Position numbers and translations under genes: made by a program. Below the pieces are notes generated by a model, which was not told the DNA's origin, made no database searches, and was given only the letters and a program-made list of their open reading frames with translations. Below, piece by piece: positions 1 to 13,897 of a stretch of 64,000 bases of DNA. The stretch comes from Hypanus sabinus (Eukaryota): the NCBI RefSeq assembly GCF_030144855.1, contig NC_082706.1, positions 40,300,001 to 40,364,000 of the forward strand, given 5' to 3'. The stretch's first letter is position 1, and every line of letters starts with the position of its first letter.

Positions 1-179
1 AGTGGGCAAGTGCAGGCATGAACAATGGGTCTACCAGGTACATGCTTAGCCCACTGCTCTACTCTTTGTAAACACAACTGTGTGGGCATAGCTTAAATAC
101 CATCTACAAATTTGCTTATGATGCAACCAATGTTGGTAGAATCGCAGGTGGGTACGAGAGGGCATACAGGAGTGAGATG

Positions 180-550
180 TCCCAAGGAGTGGAATGGTGC
201 TCAGCAACAACCTGGCACTCAACATCAGTAAGAGCTGTTTGTGGACTTCTGGAAAGATAAGACAAAGGAACACATAAGAATTATCATAGAGGGATGAGAG
301 TGAGCTGCTTCAAGTTCCTGGGTGTCAAGGTCTCTGAGCATCTAACCTGGTCCCAACAAATTGATGTAGTCATTAAGAAGGCAAGACAGCTATATTTTAT
401 AAGGGATTTGAAGCAATTTGGCATGTCAACAAATACACTCAAGAACTTCTATAATTGTACCGTGGAGAGCAATCTGACAGGCTGCATCACTGTCTGGCAT
501 GGAGGGGCTACTGCACAGGACCAGAAGAAGCTGCAGAAGGTCGTAAATCT
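180..550 (+). mobile_element. Rex1/Babar-type LINE RT C-terminal fragment
   Basis: ORF 294-569 SCFKFLGVKVSEHLTWSQQIDVVIKKARQLYFIRDLKQFGMSTNTLKNFYNCTVESNLTGCITVWHG is typical of Rex1/Babar; truncated by the adjacent L1. Confidence 0.8.
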
Positions 551-3500
551 TTTCCAATCTTTTTATTAATTTCATTATAGTAAATACAACATAATATTGC
601 TACACAATTATTGGAATTGCATATATTCAGTTAATACAAGGGTAATAAATCTTCCAAAGTTGTTTAAATACAAATGTAGAATACATTAAAAAAGGATTAA
701 CATACCAAAAAAGAAAATATATCCCCCTCCCAAAAATACTAATCTAAACAATACTAACCAAGAACTAAAAAAGAAAAGAACATGGGCTGATTGTAACATC
801 AAGAAAAGGGGACCATTAGTGCCATCAGCTCTGAACCTCCCTGCATATATTAATACAAGAAAATAGGTTTTAAAAATGGTCAAATCACATCATATGAAGC
901 ATTGCATAAAAGGATTCCAAGTCTTTTCAAATTTAATGGATGGATTATATGACACTTCTGATTTCTTTCTAAGTTTAAACATAACATAGTTTGAGAGAAC
1001 CAATGAAATGTGGTGGGAGGATTAATCTCTTTCCAATTCAGCAAAATAGATCTTTTTGCCATTAATGTAAGAAATGCAATCATCTGACATGCTGAAGAGG
1101 TTAAGTGGTGTGGTTCTATCATTGGTAAACCAAAAATTGCAGTAATAGGATGAAGTTGTTAATCAATGTTCAATACAGTTGAAATAATGTTAAAGAGGAA
1201 CATGACCAAAACATATGGGTTAAAGAGGCTGTCTCAGAGTGACATCTATCACACACTGGACTTGTATGAGAATAATAGCGAGCTAATTTATCCTTAGACA
1301 TATGGGCCCTGTGCACTACTTTGAACTATATCAACGAATGTTTAGCAAAATAGAGGATGAGTTAACTAATTGGAGAATTATTTCCCATTTTTCGAAAGGT
1401 AAAGTAAGCTTAAGTTCCCTTTCCCAATCAGTTTTAATTTTCTTGGATGGATCTAAATGATTATATTATAAATAGTTGCTATTCTAACTTTCTGAAAAGA
1501 TTTAAATCTAAAATTTTTTCCAAACTATCCATATAGATTCAGGGAAGTGGGAAGGATGGTATTTAAGTTTCTAACCTGTAAATATCTAAAGAAATGGGAT
1601 CTAGATAAATTATATTTGTTAGATAATTGTTCAAATGACATGAAACAATTATCCAAAAATAAAAACAAAATCATAATATACCTTTAGTTTTCCAAGTCAA
1701 TTAATAGAGGGATAGAAAAAAAAAGTTAGATATAATAGGACTTGCTAAAATAAATTGGTTCAACTCAAAAAAATTCCAAAATTGAAACCATGTTCGTAAA
1801 GTATATTTAACTATTTGATTATCTAATTGCTTATACAATTTATAAAGAGCAAAGGGAAGCTTTGTACCGATTTACATTTGAGATTTACCCAATGAGGGCT
1901 TGAGGTTATATCCAAGTCCCATAGCCAAAATTTCAAATAGCGGATATTAACTGCCCAATAATAAAATCTAAAATTCGGCAGTACCAGACCACCCTCCATT
2001 TTAGAATTTGGTAAATACCTTTTGCCTAGCCTCGGATTTGTATTCTGCCAAATATATGAAGAAATTTTAGAATCAATGCTATCAAAAAAAGATTTCGGAA
2101 TTAAAATTGGTACAGCTTGAAATAAATCTAAAAATTTGGGTAATATAATCATCTTGATAGCATTGATCTGACCTATCAATGACAAAGACCTTGGTGACAA
2201 ATTGGTAAATAAATGTTTAACCTTATCAATTAAAGGTAAAAATTAGCCTTAAATGAATCAGTTTTTTTTTGTAATTTTAACCCCTAAATAAATTAAATAG
2301 TCGGTATCCAATTTAAAGGGTAAACTGAGCCAACAAAGATAAAACTGCGGGAATGGATTCCTCAGGATTAGAAATATACAATAGTAAGTCATCTGCAAAT
2401 AATGATAGTTTATGTATCTCATTCCTGCAGGTAATACCAAAAATATTAGGTGATTCTTGAGGTTCCAGAGCAATTATCAAATAGTAATGGACTAAAAGAC
2501 CCGGTGCCCCAAAATAAGTAAAAAATTAAAAAGGAGATCTTTGATTATTAGTAATAATCGAAGCTACTGGGGTATGATACATCAATTTGATCCAAGATAT
2601 AAATGTCAAACTAAAATTAAATTTCTCCAGTAAATAAATATGGCCATTCAACTCTGTCAAATGCTTTCTCAACATCTAATGAAATGTCACATTCTGCAGT
2701 ACTACGTGAAGGAGTGTAAACAATATTCACTAATCTCCTAATGTTAAATAATAGTTTTTAATAAATCCAGTTTGGTCCACAGATATAATTCGAGGTAACA
2801 CCTTCTCCAAAAATCTTAGAATCTACATTCAACAAAGATATTGCTCGATATGATGGACAATCAATAGGATCTTTATTCTCTTTTAAAATTAAGGAAATAG
2901 AAGCCCTATAAAATTACTGTGGTAATTTTCCTTATCTAATTGCTTCTTTAAAAACTCTAACTAGCCAAGGAGAGAGAATAGACGAAAAGCACTTAAAAAA
3001 TTCTACTGTATAACCATCTGGACCTGGTGCTTTACCAGAATTCATTGAAAGAATAACACCTTTTATTTCTTAATCTGTAAAGGGAGTTTCTAATATTAAA
3101 ATGTTCTTTGGGTGATAGTTTTGGAAAATTCAATTTCCTTAAAAAGTCATACATGAGATAAGTATCATTTGGAAAATCAGAGTTATATAAAGAGGTATAA
3201 AACTCTTGAAAAGATTTGTTTATTTTGTCATGATTAACAGTCAAATTATCAACTTGTTTACGAATGTTAATGATTTGGCATTTAACCAAGGCAGTTTTCA
3301 ATTGATTAGCTAATAATTTACCCAATTTATCACTGTGTGTAAAAAATCACATCAGGTTTTCATTAATTGATGTTCAATCGAGGATGTAAGTAATAGATTA
3401 TGTTCCATTTGAAGCTCCTTACTAGGAGCGATGGAATATTTCTTATCAATTTCTGTAATCTTATCAATCAATAATAATGTTTCCTCATGCCAACAGAATA

Positions 3501-3730
3501 ATCTGACCACAGATATATGCCTTAAAAGTGTCCCAAAGTGTCCTGTTGGAGATCTCTTCTTTAAAATTAGTTGAAAAGAAGAAATCAGTCTGTTCCTTCA
3601 TAAATTTAACAAAGTCGGAGTCTTGAAGCAGATGAGAATTAAATCACTGTTGTCTAATATTGACTGGGAGCTGAATCCAGTAATTTAATAGAAAGTTTAA
3701 TTGGAGCATGATCAGAGATGGCAATAATGT
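551..3730 (-). mobile_element. L1/Tx1-clade LINE, decayed ORF2 3' portion with A-rich tail
   Basis: Minus-strand ORF fragments SLSLIGQINAIKMIILPKFLDLFQAVP..GGLVLPNFRFYYWA, YLGVKIT, KLLANQLK..INKSFQEFYTSLY; T-rich tail near 551-570. Confidence 0.85.
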
Positions 3731-4375
3731 CAGTTACAGTCAGTCATAGAATGAGGGAAGCTTGAAGGATTGGAGCAGAGTCCGCAAAAGGGTAAGAGCT
3801 TACAGCGGGAGTCGAAGCTGGAACCAGGTTCAGGGAAGAGTAGGGGATTGTATTCGGAGAATGATAGGGGGAGGAAGCCAGAGTCAGAGGTGGGTAGTGG
3901 GGTCAAGAAATCATAGATGGTTGCAGTTAGAATTAGGAGAGGGTAGAAGTCTACAGGATCAAAAAAGAGTGGCGAGTTCAGTGAATATGCAAGGGGAATG
4001 AAATTCAAATATGTGGAGATGAGTAGGCGTGGGAGACCAATGGTGGGTTGGGACAGCTGGTGCAGAAGACGTTGGGTAGGGAGTTAGAACTACGGTCAGG
4101 GAAGAGTAGGGGTGGAGCTGTGGTCAGCGATTTGTGGGGTTTGGACCTGCGTTCAGGAAAACTTTGAAGTTTAGAGATATCAGGGATACTGAGATAGGAA
4201 GGGGGGGAATGGATTGGGGTGGCTTATAAAAGTTTCTGCATATGAGGGTTTGAGAGGTGTAGACGACCAATGTAGGCTGGGGAGTAAAAGTGGTGAAAGA
4301 AAATGAGCTGCAGCACCTAGCGGCAGAATGACATTCAGGAAAGGGGTCAGGGCTACCGCCCTGAGGAAGGTGAGC
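3731..4375 (-). mobile_element. Penelope-like element 5' ORF region fragment
   Basis: Pro/Ser-rich, strand-skewed sequence resembling the other Penelope fragments in the window. Confidence 0.45.
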
Positions 4376-4454
4376 TTATTGTACTTAAAATATGAAAATC
4401 ATGCAATCAGAATTAACCACAAAATTCCCTCCAGTCTTATTCCTGTCTGGACAA

Positions 4455-4625
4455 ACACAAAAAAAGTCTGCAGATGCAGTAAATCCAATGCAACACACAC
4501 AAGATGCTGGTGGAACTCAGCGGGCCAGACCCCAGCGAGGGAAAAGAGAAAGAGTAAACAGTTGACATTTTGGGCTGAAACCTTTCATCAGGGCTAGAGA
4601 GAAAGATGAGAATTCAGAGTAAGAA
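4455..4625 (-). repeat. Penelope terminal-repeat-derived short repeat with decayed hammerhead motif
   Basis: ACACACAAGATGCTGGTGGAACTCAGC...; minus strand reads CTGATGAAAGGTTTCAGCCCAAAATGTC; the same family recurs near 10460, 16280, 26330, 37825, 41490, 45880, 47925, 56730 and 62955. Confidence 0.7.
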
Positions 4626-4648
4626 CTGTTACTGTTGAAGAACTTTTA

Positions 4649-4651
<3 letters not shown>

Positions 4652-4676
<25 letters not shown>
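4652..4676. repeat. (CA)n microsatellite
   Basis: Seen directly in the sequence. Confidence 0.95.
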
Positions 4677-4679
<3 letters not shown>

Positions 4680-5959
4680 CTATCTGTAATAACTGGACCT
4701 TGTACATTTCTTTGGGATGAACTGGTTATCAGGGAGCTTTCCTCTCTCTGTAAATGCTGCTTGTCATTTTGGGCTTTTGCCAAATGTGCACAGACCAGAG
4801 GGGTAGTTGCTATGGTTTGGTTATTCAGTAGCCCATAAAAGAAGCAGCACAGAACACACAAATTGTGAGCAAACTTCCCTCAGCGTCACGTTGTCCATAA
4901 AGGATCGTTATTCACTGCACGCACTCTTTTCGTTATCACATCATTAGTAAAGGTAATTTCCTTCATCCCAACAGGTAAATGAGTGTGGTGGAGGGGGATC
5001 AGAAGCAACTCCATCAAATCCGTTCTGCCCCCAATGAGGGTGGGGAATCTCGAGACAGTGCAAATTACAACTTCAAACTCATCTCATGTATGTTTCCCCA
5101 AACACAGTTTTGTTTCTCGCCTTGATGGTAGCTTCAATGAATCATCCGCTATTCCTGATGCCACCCTCGTATCCACCAGATTCCAGTCGCCCACTGTGTG
5201 GAATTTTACGTATGCCGAATGAGCAAAGAATGTGGAGCAAGTGATCCGGACACAGATCTCAGTGGCAACCAGTCACAGTCTGTGGTAGTAATCAGGGTAG
5301 TCATTAGACTTTTGACAAAACAAAGACTGTGAATGCTGGATGACAAATGCACAGTTAGACTACAACCAGCAGGGATGAAGTGCAGTGGGCTGCAAAGGTT
5401 TGGTGCTGAGGTAGGAGGGGATTACATGGTGACCAACGCCAGGAGTATGCTGAGCAGGTTTACACTTCCCTTCAACAAGAACCAGTAATATGTTGTGCAA
5501 TAGGCACAGGATTTTGGGCAACCACCTCTAAAACAACTTCAGTCCCGTGTATTCAAAGAACAATGAGTTTATTAAAATTAACAGATTTTACCCACACAAC
5601 GTGGGGTGCTAGTCAATAATTTTACTCCGCATATACTTTAAATACGTACAATGCCAAAAGATACAAATTAAGCTTGTTTTATCACTGAAACATGTTAAAT
5701 ATATTAAAATCACAGTTGGAAGATGCTGCCTTGATAGGGTGGAACAGGCAGCAGTGATATCGCCTCTCAAATTCACGCAGTTTGTAGGAAATGATGGGAC
5801 CCATCCCTGTATATCAACCATCACATAAATATATCATCAAGAACAATAAAATACAGGATGTATAAGTAAAAACTACAATTTGAAAATAAAATATGCAAGG
5901 TCCTTTGGAAAAAAATCATTGAACTTTAATAACTACAGAATTAATTATCATTGTGTTTG

Positions 5960-6693
<734 letters not shown>

Positions 6694-7327
6694 CTGGAGA
6701 AAGAAAAACAGAAAATAGCACTTCCAGCAAAATACACAAGAATGAATTTGTGAGAGTGAGATCTGTAATTGCTTCATTACTGAGCTGCCCTGAGACATTA
6801 ATTCTAAGACTGTGGGCTGGGGGGTGTGGGGTGGAGGGGACAAATTTATGAAACTCTACTGGATTTCCATAAATAATCAAGGATGATAGATTCTATCTCT
6901 GATCTCCTCCATGTGTTAATCTTTAAGAATTCCTCTAGGCTCTGTGATAGTCTGTATGTTAAAATGGCCAACCAAGAAGCAAAATGTACATGTCACAGAA
7001 AATCACAAGCTGGGAATTGCTGAGGTCCACAGCAGGACAAAGGAACTGACTACATCTGTTAATATGCTAACAGGTTCGAGACTGAGATGGTCCAACTATG
7101 TGTTTTTTAAAATAAATCTATGCACCCACAAAATATACACACTGTTGACACCCATTATATCATTCAGTGCAATTCTATGTGCTTTAACTTCTGTCAAATA
7201 TCTCATCTGCATGACTATTCCTGCATTATTTTTGATCGTGTTATACGTTCCACTTGAAACATGCATAACATATTTACAGTAAACATAATGTTTTCCTGGA
7301 GTTTGTTAAACTGATCAGAATGCTCAT

Positions 7328-7518
7328 ATTTTGCTTCCTGATTTGACATCCACATGGAGGTCCAAGTGATTCCCAGCTCCTTGGCATAATCATCACTGTA
7401 CCAGACCAGTAACTCACAGTCAGGAGGAACTGGCTTACACGTCCTGTAGTAAATGTTTCCACAGTGCTGGAAGGCAACCAGGTTCTGTTCCTCCTCCTTT
7501 CTGGCACAGTTCACAAAC
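7328..7518 (-). CDS. PRDM9: PRDM9 PR/SET C-terminal exon (about 191 bp; donor mutated, ORF reads on to the stop at 7215)
   Basis: gttccag|[56 protein letters not shown]; the expected phase-1 donor reads T|atgagc. Confidence 0.92.
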
Positions 7519-7984
7519 CTGGAACACAAGAAGTAAATATGAAGTTAAAATTAAAATTGTGAGGTGTACACAGAATGTGAGGTCTATTGGCAAAGTCAAA
7601 TGAATGAGAGAAGTCTCCAATTCTGGCTCAAATTCAAAAATGAAATATGGAAAGCTCTTCGTCAGAAATCTGTCAAATACTCTTTCAGCTGAAAGTTTAA
7701 CAAATTCCCAACTAGGAATGTGGACTAGCCTCCTCAATGTTCCCAGAACCTCCTCTTTTCAATTTAAGTTTCCAGCATCTACAGCTTGTTTTAGATTTTT
7801 ATGTAAAGTTCTAGTTGAATTCTCATTCAACCATACATGAATCTAACCAAAACAAAACAATGTTCCCCTGGGGACAAAGTACAAAACATCTTCCCAGCAG
7901 CACATTTCAAATAACAACATTTATGATTCAACTTCAAATCTGATGTCCAGACAAAGCAATCTCACACAACTTGGATGCAGAATA

Positions 7985-8418
7985 CGAGGAGTGATTGATA
8001 AGTTTGTGGCCTAAGGTAGAAGGAGTCAAATTTAGAAAACCTAGCACGTTTATTATTCAACATAGTCCCCACCTATATTTACACACTTACTCCAGCGGTC
8101 ATGGAACATATGGATCTTGGACCTGCAGGACGTGTCCACAGCCTGGGTGATTGATAAGTATGTGGCCTAAGGTAGAAGGAAATGAGTTACACTGCTCTCG
8201 TAACATGTACATGCATTTCAACTCTTTGAGTGATTATGCAGGAAGTTGGAAGTTAATAACTTATCTCCTTCTGCCTTAGGCCATGAAATTATCAAAACCC
8301 CTGATAACCGCTGGACTAAGTGTGTAAATGCAGGAGGGAACAATGTCGAAAAATAAATGTGCTAGGTTTTCTAAAATTGACTCCTAAGTTAGGCCGTGAA
8401 CTTATCAATCACCCCTCA
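7985..8418. mobile_element. Tc1/mariner non-autonomous MITE in a PRDM9 intron
   Basis: TA|CGAGGAGTGATTGATAAGTTTGTGGCCTAA ... GGCCGTGAACTTATCAATCACCCCTCA|TA; long inverted arms; TA TSD. Confidence 0.85.
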
Positions 8419-8489
8419 TATACTGACTGTGATATTAACAAGAGTGAGGCAGCGTGATGTGAAGTGGATTACTTATTTCCTGAGACTTG

Positions 8490-9090
8490 CTGTGATACCA
8501 GGGAGTTTAGTGGGGAGGGACAAACGGTTGTGGAAAGCAGAGAGAGGGGGTAAGTGATAGAATCCCTTTGGAGGTGGCAGAAGTTGCAAAGAACGTGTTA
8601 GTTGCACAGGCTCATGGGGTGGTAGGTAAGGAGAAGAGGAATTCTGTCACAGTTAAAGTGGTGGAAAGATAGGATGAGTGCAAGTGTTCAGGAAATGGAG
8701 GAGATGCAGGTGAGGGCAGCATCAACAGTGGAGGAAGAGAAACTCCAGTTTTTGAAAAAAGTACATCTCTGATATCCTGGAAAGGGAGCTTCATCCTGGG
8801 AGCAGATCTGGCAGAGATGAAAGAACTGAGAAAGGGGAATAGCTTTTTTTTTAAACAGGAGATAGAGTGGGAGGAGGTATAATCAAGAAAACCATTGGAA
8901 TCGGTTGATAAAAATGGCAGTCGACAGTTTGGCTCCACATTTGGAGGCAGAGAGATCAAGAAATTGGGTGGAGCTGTCAGTAATGGACCAAGTGGATTTA
9001 AAGGCAGGAAAGTTAGAGGAAAACTTGATGAAATTGAGAAGCTTTGCCTGGGTGCGTTGAATCAGCACCAATGCAGTTGACATTACTGCA
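8490..9090 (-). mobile_element. Penelope RT fragment
   Basis: LSTDSNGFLDYTSSHSISC..PFLS (Penelope PTDSHxYLDYTSSHP motif) and FIKFSSNFPAFKSTWSITDSSTQFLDLS. Confidence 0.8.
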
Positions 9091-9270
9091 GCATCAGTTG
9101 GCAGTGTAGCATCACAAGGTTTGAGAAAGAATTTGTGGGTCTTGGCCTGGTCTGAGGAGAAACCTTTGTTTAACTGGAGAACACAACTGTCAGACAAAGT
9201 GTCGATTCTTCTGGAACGTTCAAAATCAGTTCTCCAGCATTGTCTTGTAATTGTATAAATCTTTGCATAC

Positions 9271-9338
9271 CTCATCCAGTTTGATTTAGATTGATCCTGT
9301 GCATCTATGTACTCAAGGTCATCGTTTGCCTTACAGAT
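9271..9338 (-). CDS. PRDM9: PRDM9 PR/SET middle exon (68 bp, intact)
   Basis: ttccatag|ICKANDDLEYIDAQDQSKSNWM-AG|gtatgc; phase 0 to 2. Confidence 0.95.
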
Positions 9339-10012
9339 CTATGGAAAAATATTTTGGTTCAACTGCCTGATTAGTGAAAAACATAACCATGAAGTTTGCA
9401 TTTTTTCCATACTATCGGTTCAATTAATTATCCTTTAATCTGTTTAATGAGTTTATGCTTTGATACGACAGCACTCCCACAATATTTCTGGGACTCAAAT
9501 GGTAGTTAAAGGTTTTTTAGCTACTACAAAGATCTGATCTTTTCTTGTTGGCCACAATCATTCAATGCACTCTCAATCCAGGAGTGTAGAATTAATCAGA
9601 ATAAAAGGAAGTGTAATAGAGCGGGCACGTGATGGAGTCTTAATTTAGCTACAAGTGTGAGAATGGTATTGAGAATCACTGGAAGTGGTGAGAAGAGAGA
9701 CATTAAGGGTCGGAAGTTATGTATTTTTTCTCAGCTGAGAATACTTGTCTGTAGCTGATTCCCTAATTCCAATGAAATATAATGTAAGGCTAAAGTATAG
9801 CAGTGTTCAAATAATGATGGAGGTAATAATGGAACACAGGATTATCAACTATGGGGAACATTTTGTGAACATACTGTCTTCTCACTGTTTTCCCTATCGT
9901 GGTGTTTAGCTGGTCTCAAGCTAGTAACAACATATTTACTCCCACAGTTCTCTTCAACAGGTGCAACCTAACGTGTGGAGTATTGCTTTTGTTAACTGCA
10001 AGAGCTACTTAC

Positions 10013-10284
10013 CACCCATGAATATCCACTGACAGTAGCTGCTGCTTCAGTAGAAAGCTCCCCTTCATATGGTCCAAAATGAATACCCCTGGGAATAACC
10101 TTCCCTTCATTCCAGACACCAAGACCAGCTTTCTGAATTTTTGATGTGGCTATGTAAAGACCCTCAGGAAGAGTTAAACGTGCTCTGTCTGGTTGATTGG
10201 AATCCACAACAGAGTCCTTCATAAAGATGGGTGGACCATGCACAGGGCATTCTTCAATAACAAACGTCTCGCAGGCTTCACAAA
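10013..10284 (-). CDS. PRDM9: PRDM9 zinc knuckle and PR/SET N-terminal exon (272 bp, intact)
   Basis: ttttag|TT TGT GAA GCC TGC..; CEACETFVIEECPVHGPPIFMKDS..LTLPEGLYIATSKIQKAGLGVWNEGKVIPRGIHFGPYEG..SGYSWV|gtaagt; phase 1 to 0. Confidence 0.95.
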
Positions 10285-10859
10285 CTAAAATACAAAGTTA
10301 AGAAGTGATCAGGATGTTGCTGTTCCTATAGCTGGTGGGAGCTGGTGTTGAGAAAGGCTAGTGATCCACAATGGATATAATTTTACTGCATGTCTTTGAA
10401 TATAATACCATCATGAACCAGCTGCTGTGCAAAGCATCTGGAAAAATAATTACTCCAAACATAAGAAAATCTACAGTTGCTGGAATCCAAGCAACACACT
10501 GAACATGCTGGAGGAACAGGCTAGGCAGCTTCTATGAAAAAGTGTAAAAGGATGGCATTTTGAGCCGATCCTACATCAGACTTGATCATCTCTTTATCAT
10601 GGATGGTGCCTGCCCTGCTGAATTACTCCAGCATTTTGTGTGTGCATTGCTGAGAAAAAAATTTATTTTCCATTGTTATGACCTATATGTGGAGACATTC
10701 CTAGTAAGTGAGATTAACAATGGAGATATGTGAAAAGTCACTTAATTAGGTCAGCCGTAGGATAATATGAATATCTTGGTTAAGAGTGGACTGTTTCATT
10801 CAAAAGACCAATCAAATACAACTAAGTGTTCATTTATAAACTTGAAGAGAAAACTCATA

Positions 10860-12260
10860 ATGAACTCAAGAAGGGGACATGAGAAGGCCTTGGCGAGTAG
10901 GGTAAAGGAATTCTTCAATTATGTGAAGAACAAAAGGATGACAGGAGTGAAGGTAGGACCGATTAGAGATAAAGGTGGGAAGATGTGCTTGGAGGCTGTG
11001 GAAGTGAGCGAGGTTCTCAATGAATACTTCTCTTAGGTATTCACCAATGAGAGGGAACTTGATGACGGTGAGGACAATATGAGTGAGTTTGATGTTCTGG
11101 AGCATGTTGATATTAAGGGAGAGGAGGTGTTGGAGTTGTTAAAATACATTAAGACAGATAAGTCCCCGGCGCCTGATGGAATATTCCCCAGGCTGCTCAA
11201 TGAGGAGAGGGAAGAGATTGCTGAGCCTCTGGCTAGGATCTTTATCTCCTTGTTGTCCATGGGAATGGTACTTGAGGATTGGAGGGAGGTGAATGTTGTC
11301 CCCCCTGTTCAAAAAAGGTAGTAAGGATAGTCCAGGGTAATTATAGACCAGTGAGCCTTACGTCTGTGGTGGGAAAGCTGTTGGAAAAGATTTTTAGAAA
11401 TTGGATCTATGGGCATTCAGAGAATTATGGTCTGACCAGGGACAGTCAGCATGGCTTTGTGAAGGGCAGATCATGTCTAACAAGCCTGATAGAGTTCTTT
11501 GAAGAGGTGAGCAGGGATATAGATGAGGGTAGTGCAGTGGATGTGATCTACATGGATTTTAAGAAGTCATTTGACAAGATTCCACATGGTAGGCTTACTC
11601 AGAAAGTCAGAAGGCATGGAATCCAGGGAAGTTTGGCCCGGTAGATTTAGAATTGGCTTGCCTGCAGAAAGCAGAGGGTCATGGTGGAAGGAATACATTT
11701 GGATTGGAGGATAGTTAAGAAAGCTTATGGGGTGTTAGCTTTCATAAATCAATGGATAGAGTTTAAGAGTCATGAGGTAATGATGTAGCTCTGTAAAGGG
11801 TACAGAGGAGATTTACCAGGATGCTGCTTGGTTTTGAGAGAATGCATTATGATCAGAGATTAAGGGAGCTAGGGCTTTACTCTTTGGAGAAAAGGAGGAT
11901 GAGAGGAGACATGATAGAGGTATACAAGATATTAAGAGGAATAGATAGTGTGGACAGCCACCGTCTCTTCCCCAGGGCACCACTACTCAATGCAAAAGGA
12001 CATGGCTTTAAGGTAAGGGGTGGTAGGTTCAAGGGGAGGTGTTAGAGGAAAGGCTTTTACTCAGAGAGTGGTTGGTGTGTGGAATGCACTGCCTGGAGTG
12101 CGTGGTGGAGGCAGATACACTAGTGTAACTTAAGAGACTACTAGACAGATATATGGATGAATTTAAGGTGGGCGGTTATATGGGAGGTAGGCTTTAAGGG
12201 TTGGCACAACATTGTGAGTCGAAAGGCCTGTACTGTGCTGTATTATTCTATGTTCTATGA
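10860..12260 (+). mobile_element. CR1-clade LINE (HER1-like) ORF2 3' part with internal deletions
   Basis: DKSPAPDGIFPRLL, NYRPVSLTSVVGKLLE, SQHGFVKGRSCLTSLIEFFEEV, LRELGLYSLEKRRMRGDMIEVYKI; tail ttctatgttctatg. Confidence 0.9.
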
Positions 12261-13504
12261 TCAAACATAATAGTATAATGATAAGCCAGGTGAAATACAA
12301 AGAAAATGTTTAAAGGTAACAATGTAATGGCAATTGGGATCAACACTAATTAAACTGCTTTAATAAGCTTCAAGAAAAATTATACAATTTAAACTAAAGA
12401 AGCATTTATAACTGGGCCAATGCAAAAGATATAAAATTTGATCCAGTATCCAATGGAGTAAAGTGGTTGCATACTTTCTAACAGAGGGGTACTTTAACAA
12501 ACAAAAACATGATGAATTAGTGTTTATATTTATTTTGGATAAAATTGGCTCAGGAAATTATGAAGTAGCAGAACAGTGAAGAAGACAAAATGAAACATTC
12601 ACTTTAAAAATGGTAAATGAAATTGTTGGCACCTGAAATCTTATGAAGAGGGGAAAATGAAAAATTAGTTGTAGAATCAGATAGAAACAGCAACCAGTCA
12701 TAAAAGATAAAAATCTATAACTACATGGTCTGGAAATCTGAAATGAAAGCAGAAAATTCTGGAAGCAGTCAGCAAATAAGTCATCAGCTGTGAAATGTAA
12801 AACAGCAAAATATTTCATTCTGAATTTCAGATCAAGGGAATTAATCCTGAAATATTACTTGTTTTTCATGATCTGCATGTTACTTCAGAGATTTGTGTAA
12901 TATGACAGAATTCATTTGTAACCGCACAGTAAGAAACACCTTGGGAAAATATAGTGAATCTGCATTGAGATCATTAGTGACAAAGATAAACCAGAAATTA
13001 TGACATTTAAGTCAAATCATTTATCATATTAAGATCAGATTACTAACATTTCAAAATCAGATGAAAAGTTATGATAGTAGGTTAAGAATGCTAACTACTT
13101 CAAACCATATTTCGTTTGTTCATTTTAGGTAATCACAAGGATCAGTTCAAGATTTGGTTTAGTAGAACACAGAATGTAATGTTTCCAGGCTTGCCCTTGA
13201 TTCAACAGTAGGTGGCAAAATAACCCATGAAATAATCAGAAAATTAATATAAACTGAACCAAGAAAATGCTGAACACACTGCAACGTGCAGAAGTAAATT
13301 TAACATCTTTTTTGCGATTACTGGTGATTAAACAGAAATCATCGACTCTGATCCAACATGTCAGCACTCTTTTCCCAAACATTCTACACGTCTCATTGTT
13401 CCATCATATTCCATTGTATTATTCCTATTCCATTGTATTATCACCACGATTCTCCCAACATATTAAGCCTGCTTTAAAGAATTAGATTGATAATTTGGAC
13501 CTAT

Positions 13505-13548
13505 AAGGGTAGTCATCATCACGAAGCTCCTGTTCCTGTGTAATTTAT
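13505..13548 (-). pseudogene. PRDM9: PRDM9 SSXRD exon remnant
   Basis: AAT TAC ACA G GAA CAG GAG CTT CGT GAT GAT GAC TAC CCT T|ataggt = NYT/EQELRDDDYP, similar to the SSXRD end YxE..E.xDDDYL; correct position and phase 1, but frameshifted with an AT donor. Confidence 0.65.
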
Positions 13549-13549
13549 T

Positions 13550-13680
13550 ATTTTATGTTTTTCCTGTGAATGCTGCTGACATGATACTATGTGCCTGTGA
13601 TACTTCTGTAGGTACATTTTACTTTGTTGTGTTCAGGCATGTACTTGTCTATATGACAATAAACTAAACTTTTGACATCT
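13550..13680 (+). mobile_element. Retroposon 3' tail abutting the SSXRD remnant
   Basis: gtgcctgtgatact...catgtacttgtctatatgacaataaactaaactt resembles a LINE/SINE 3' end with AATAAA and a short tail. Confidence 0.5.
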
Positions 13681-13897
13681 GATTAGAGCTTAAACTAAAA
13701 GCAACATACTGTAGCATAAAAGTAAACTCACACCGTATCAGCAACGCAATAGGAAATTGCAACACATTACCTTCTCTCTAAACTTCAATATTGATTCTCT
13801 TTGACAATATATTCAACAGGCTTAAGACCAAACTTTGCAACAGAATTTTTGTTAACAACTGCATGAAATGTTTCAGCAAATCATAAATTCAGCTCAC

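Noticed and set aside
4983-5222. 79-aa plus-strand ORF in non-repetitive DNA downstream of PRDM9
   Set aside because: No recognisable motif or partner exons
13771-13858. Acceptor/donor-bounded segment as an extra PRDM9 exon
   Set aside because: The upstream intron would be only about 39 nt, and the phase 0 and phase 1 frames contain stops
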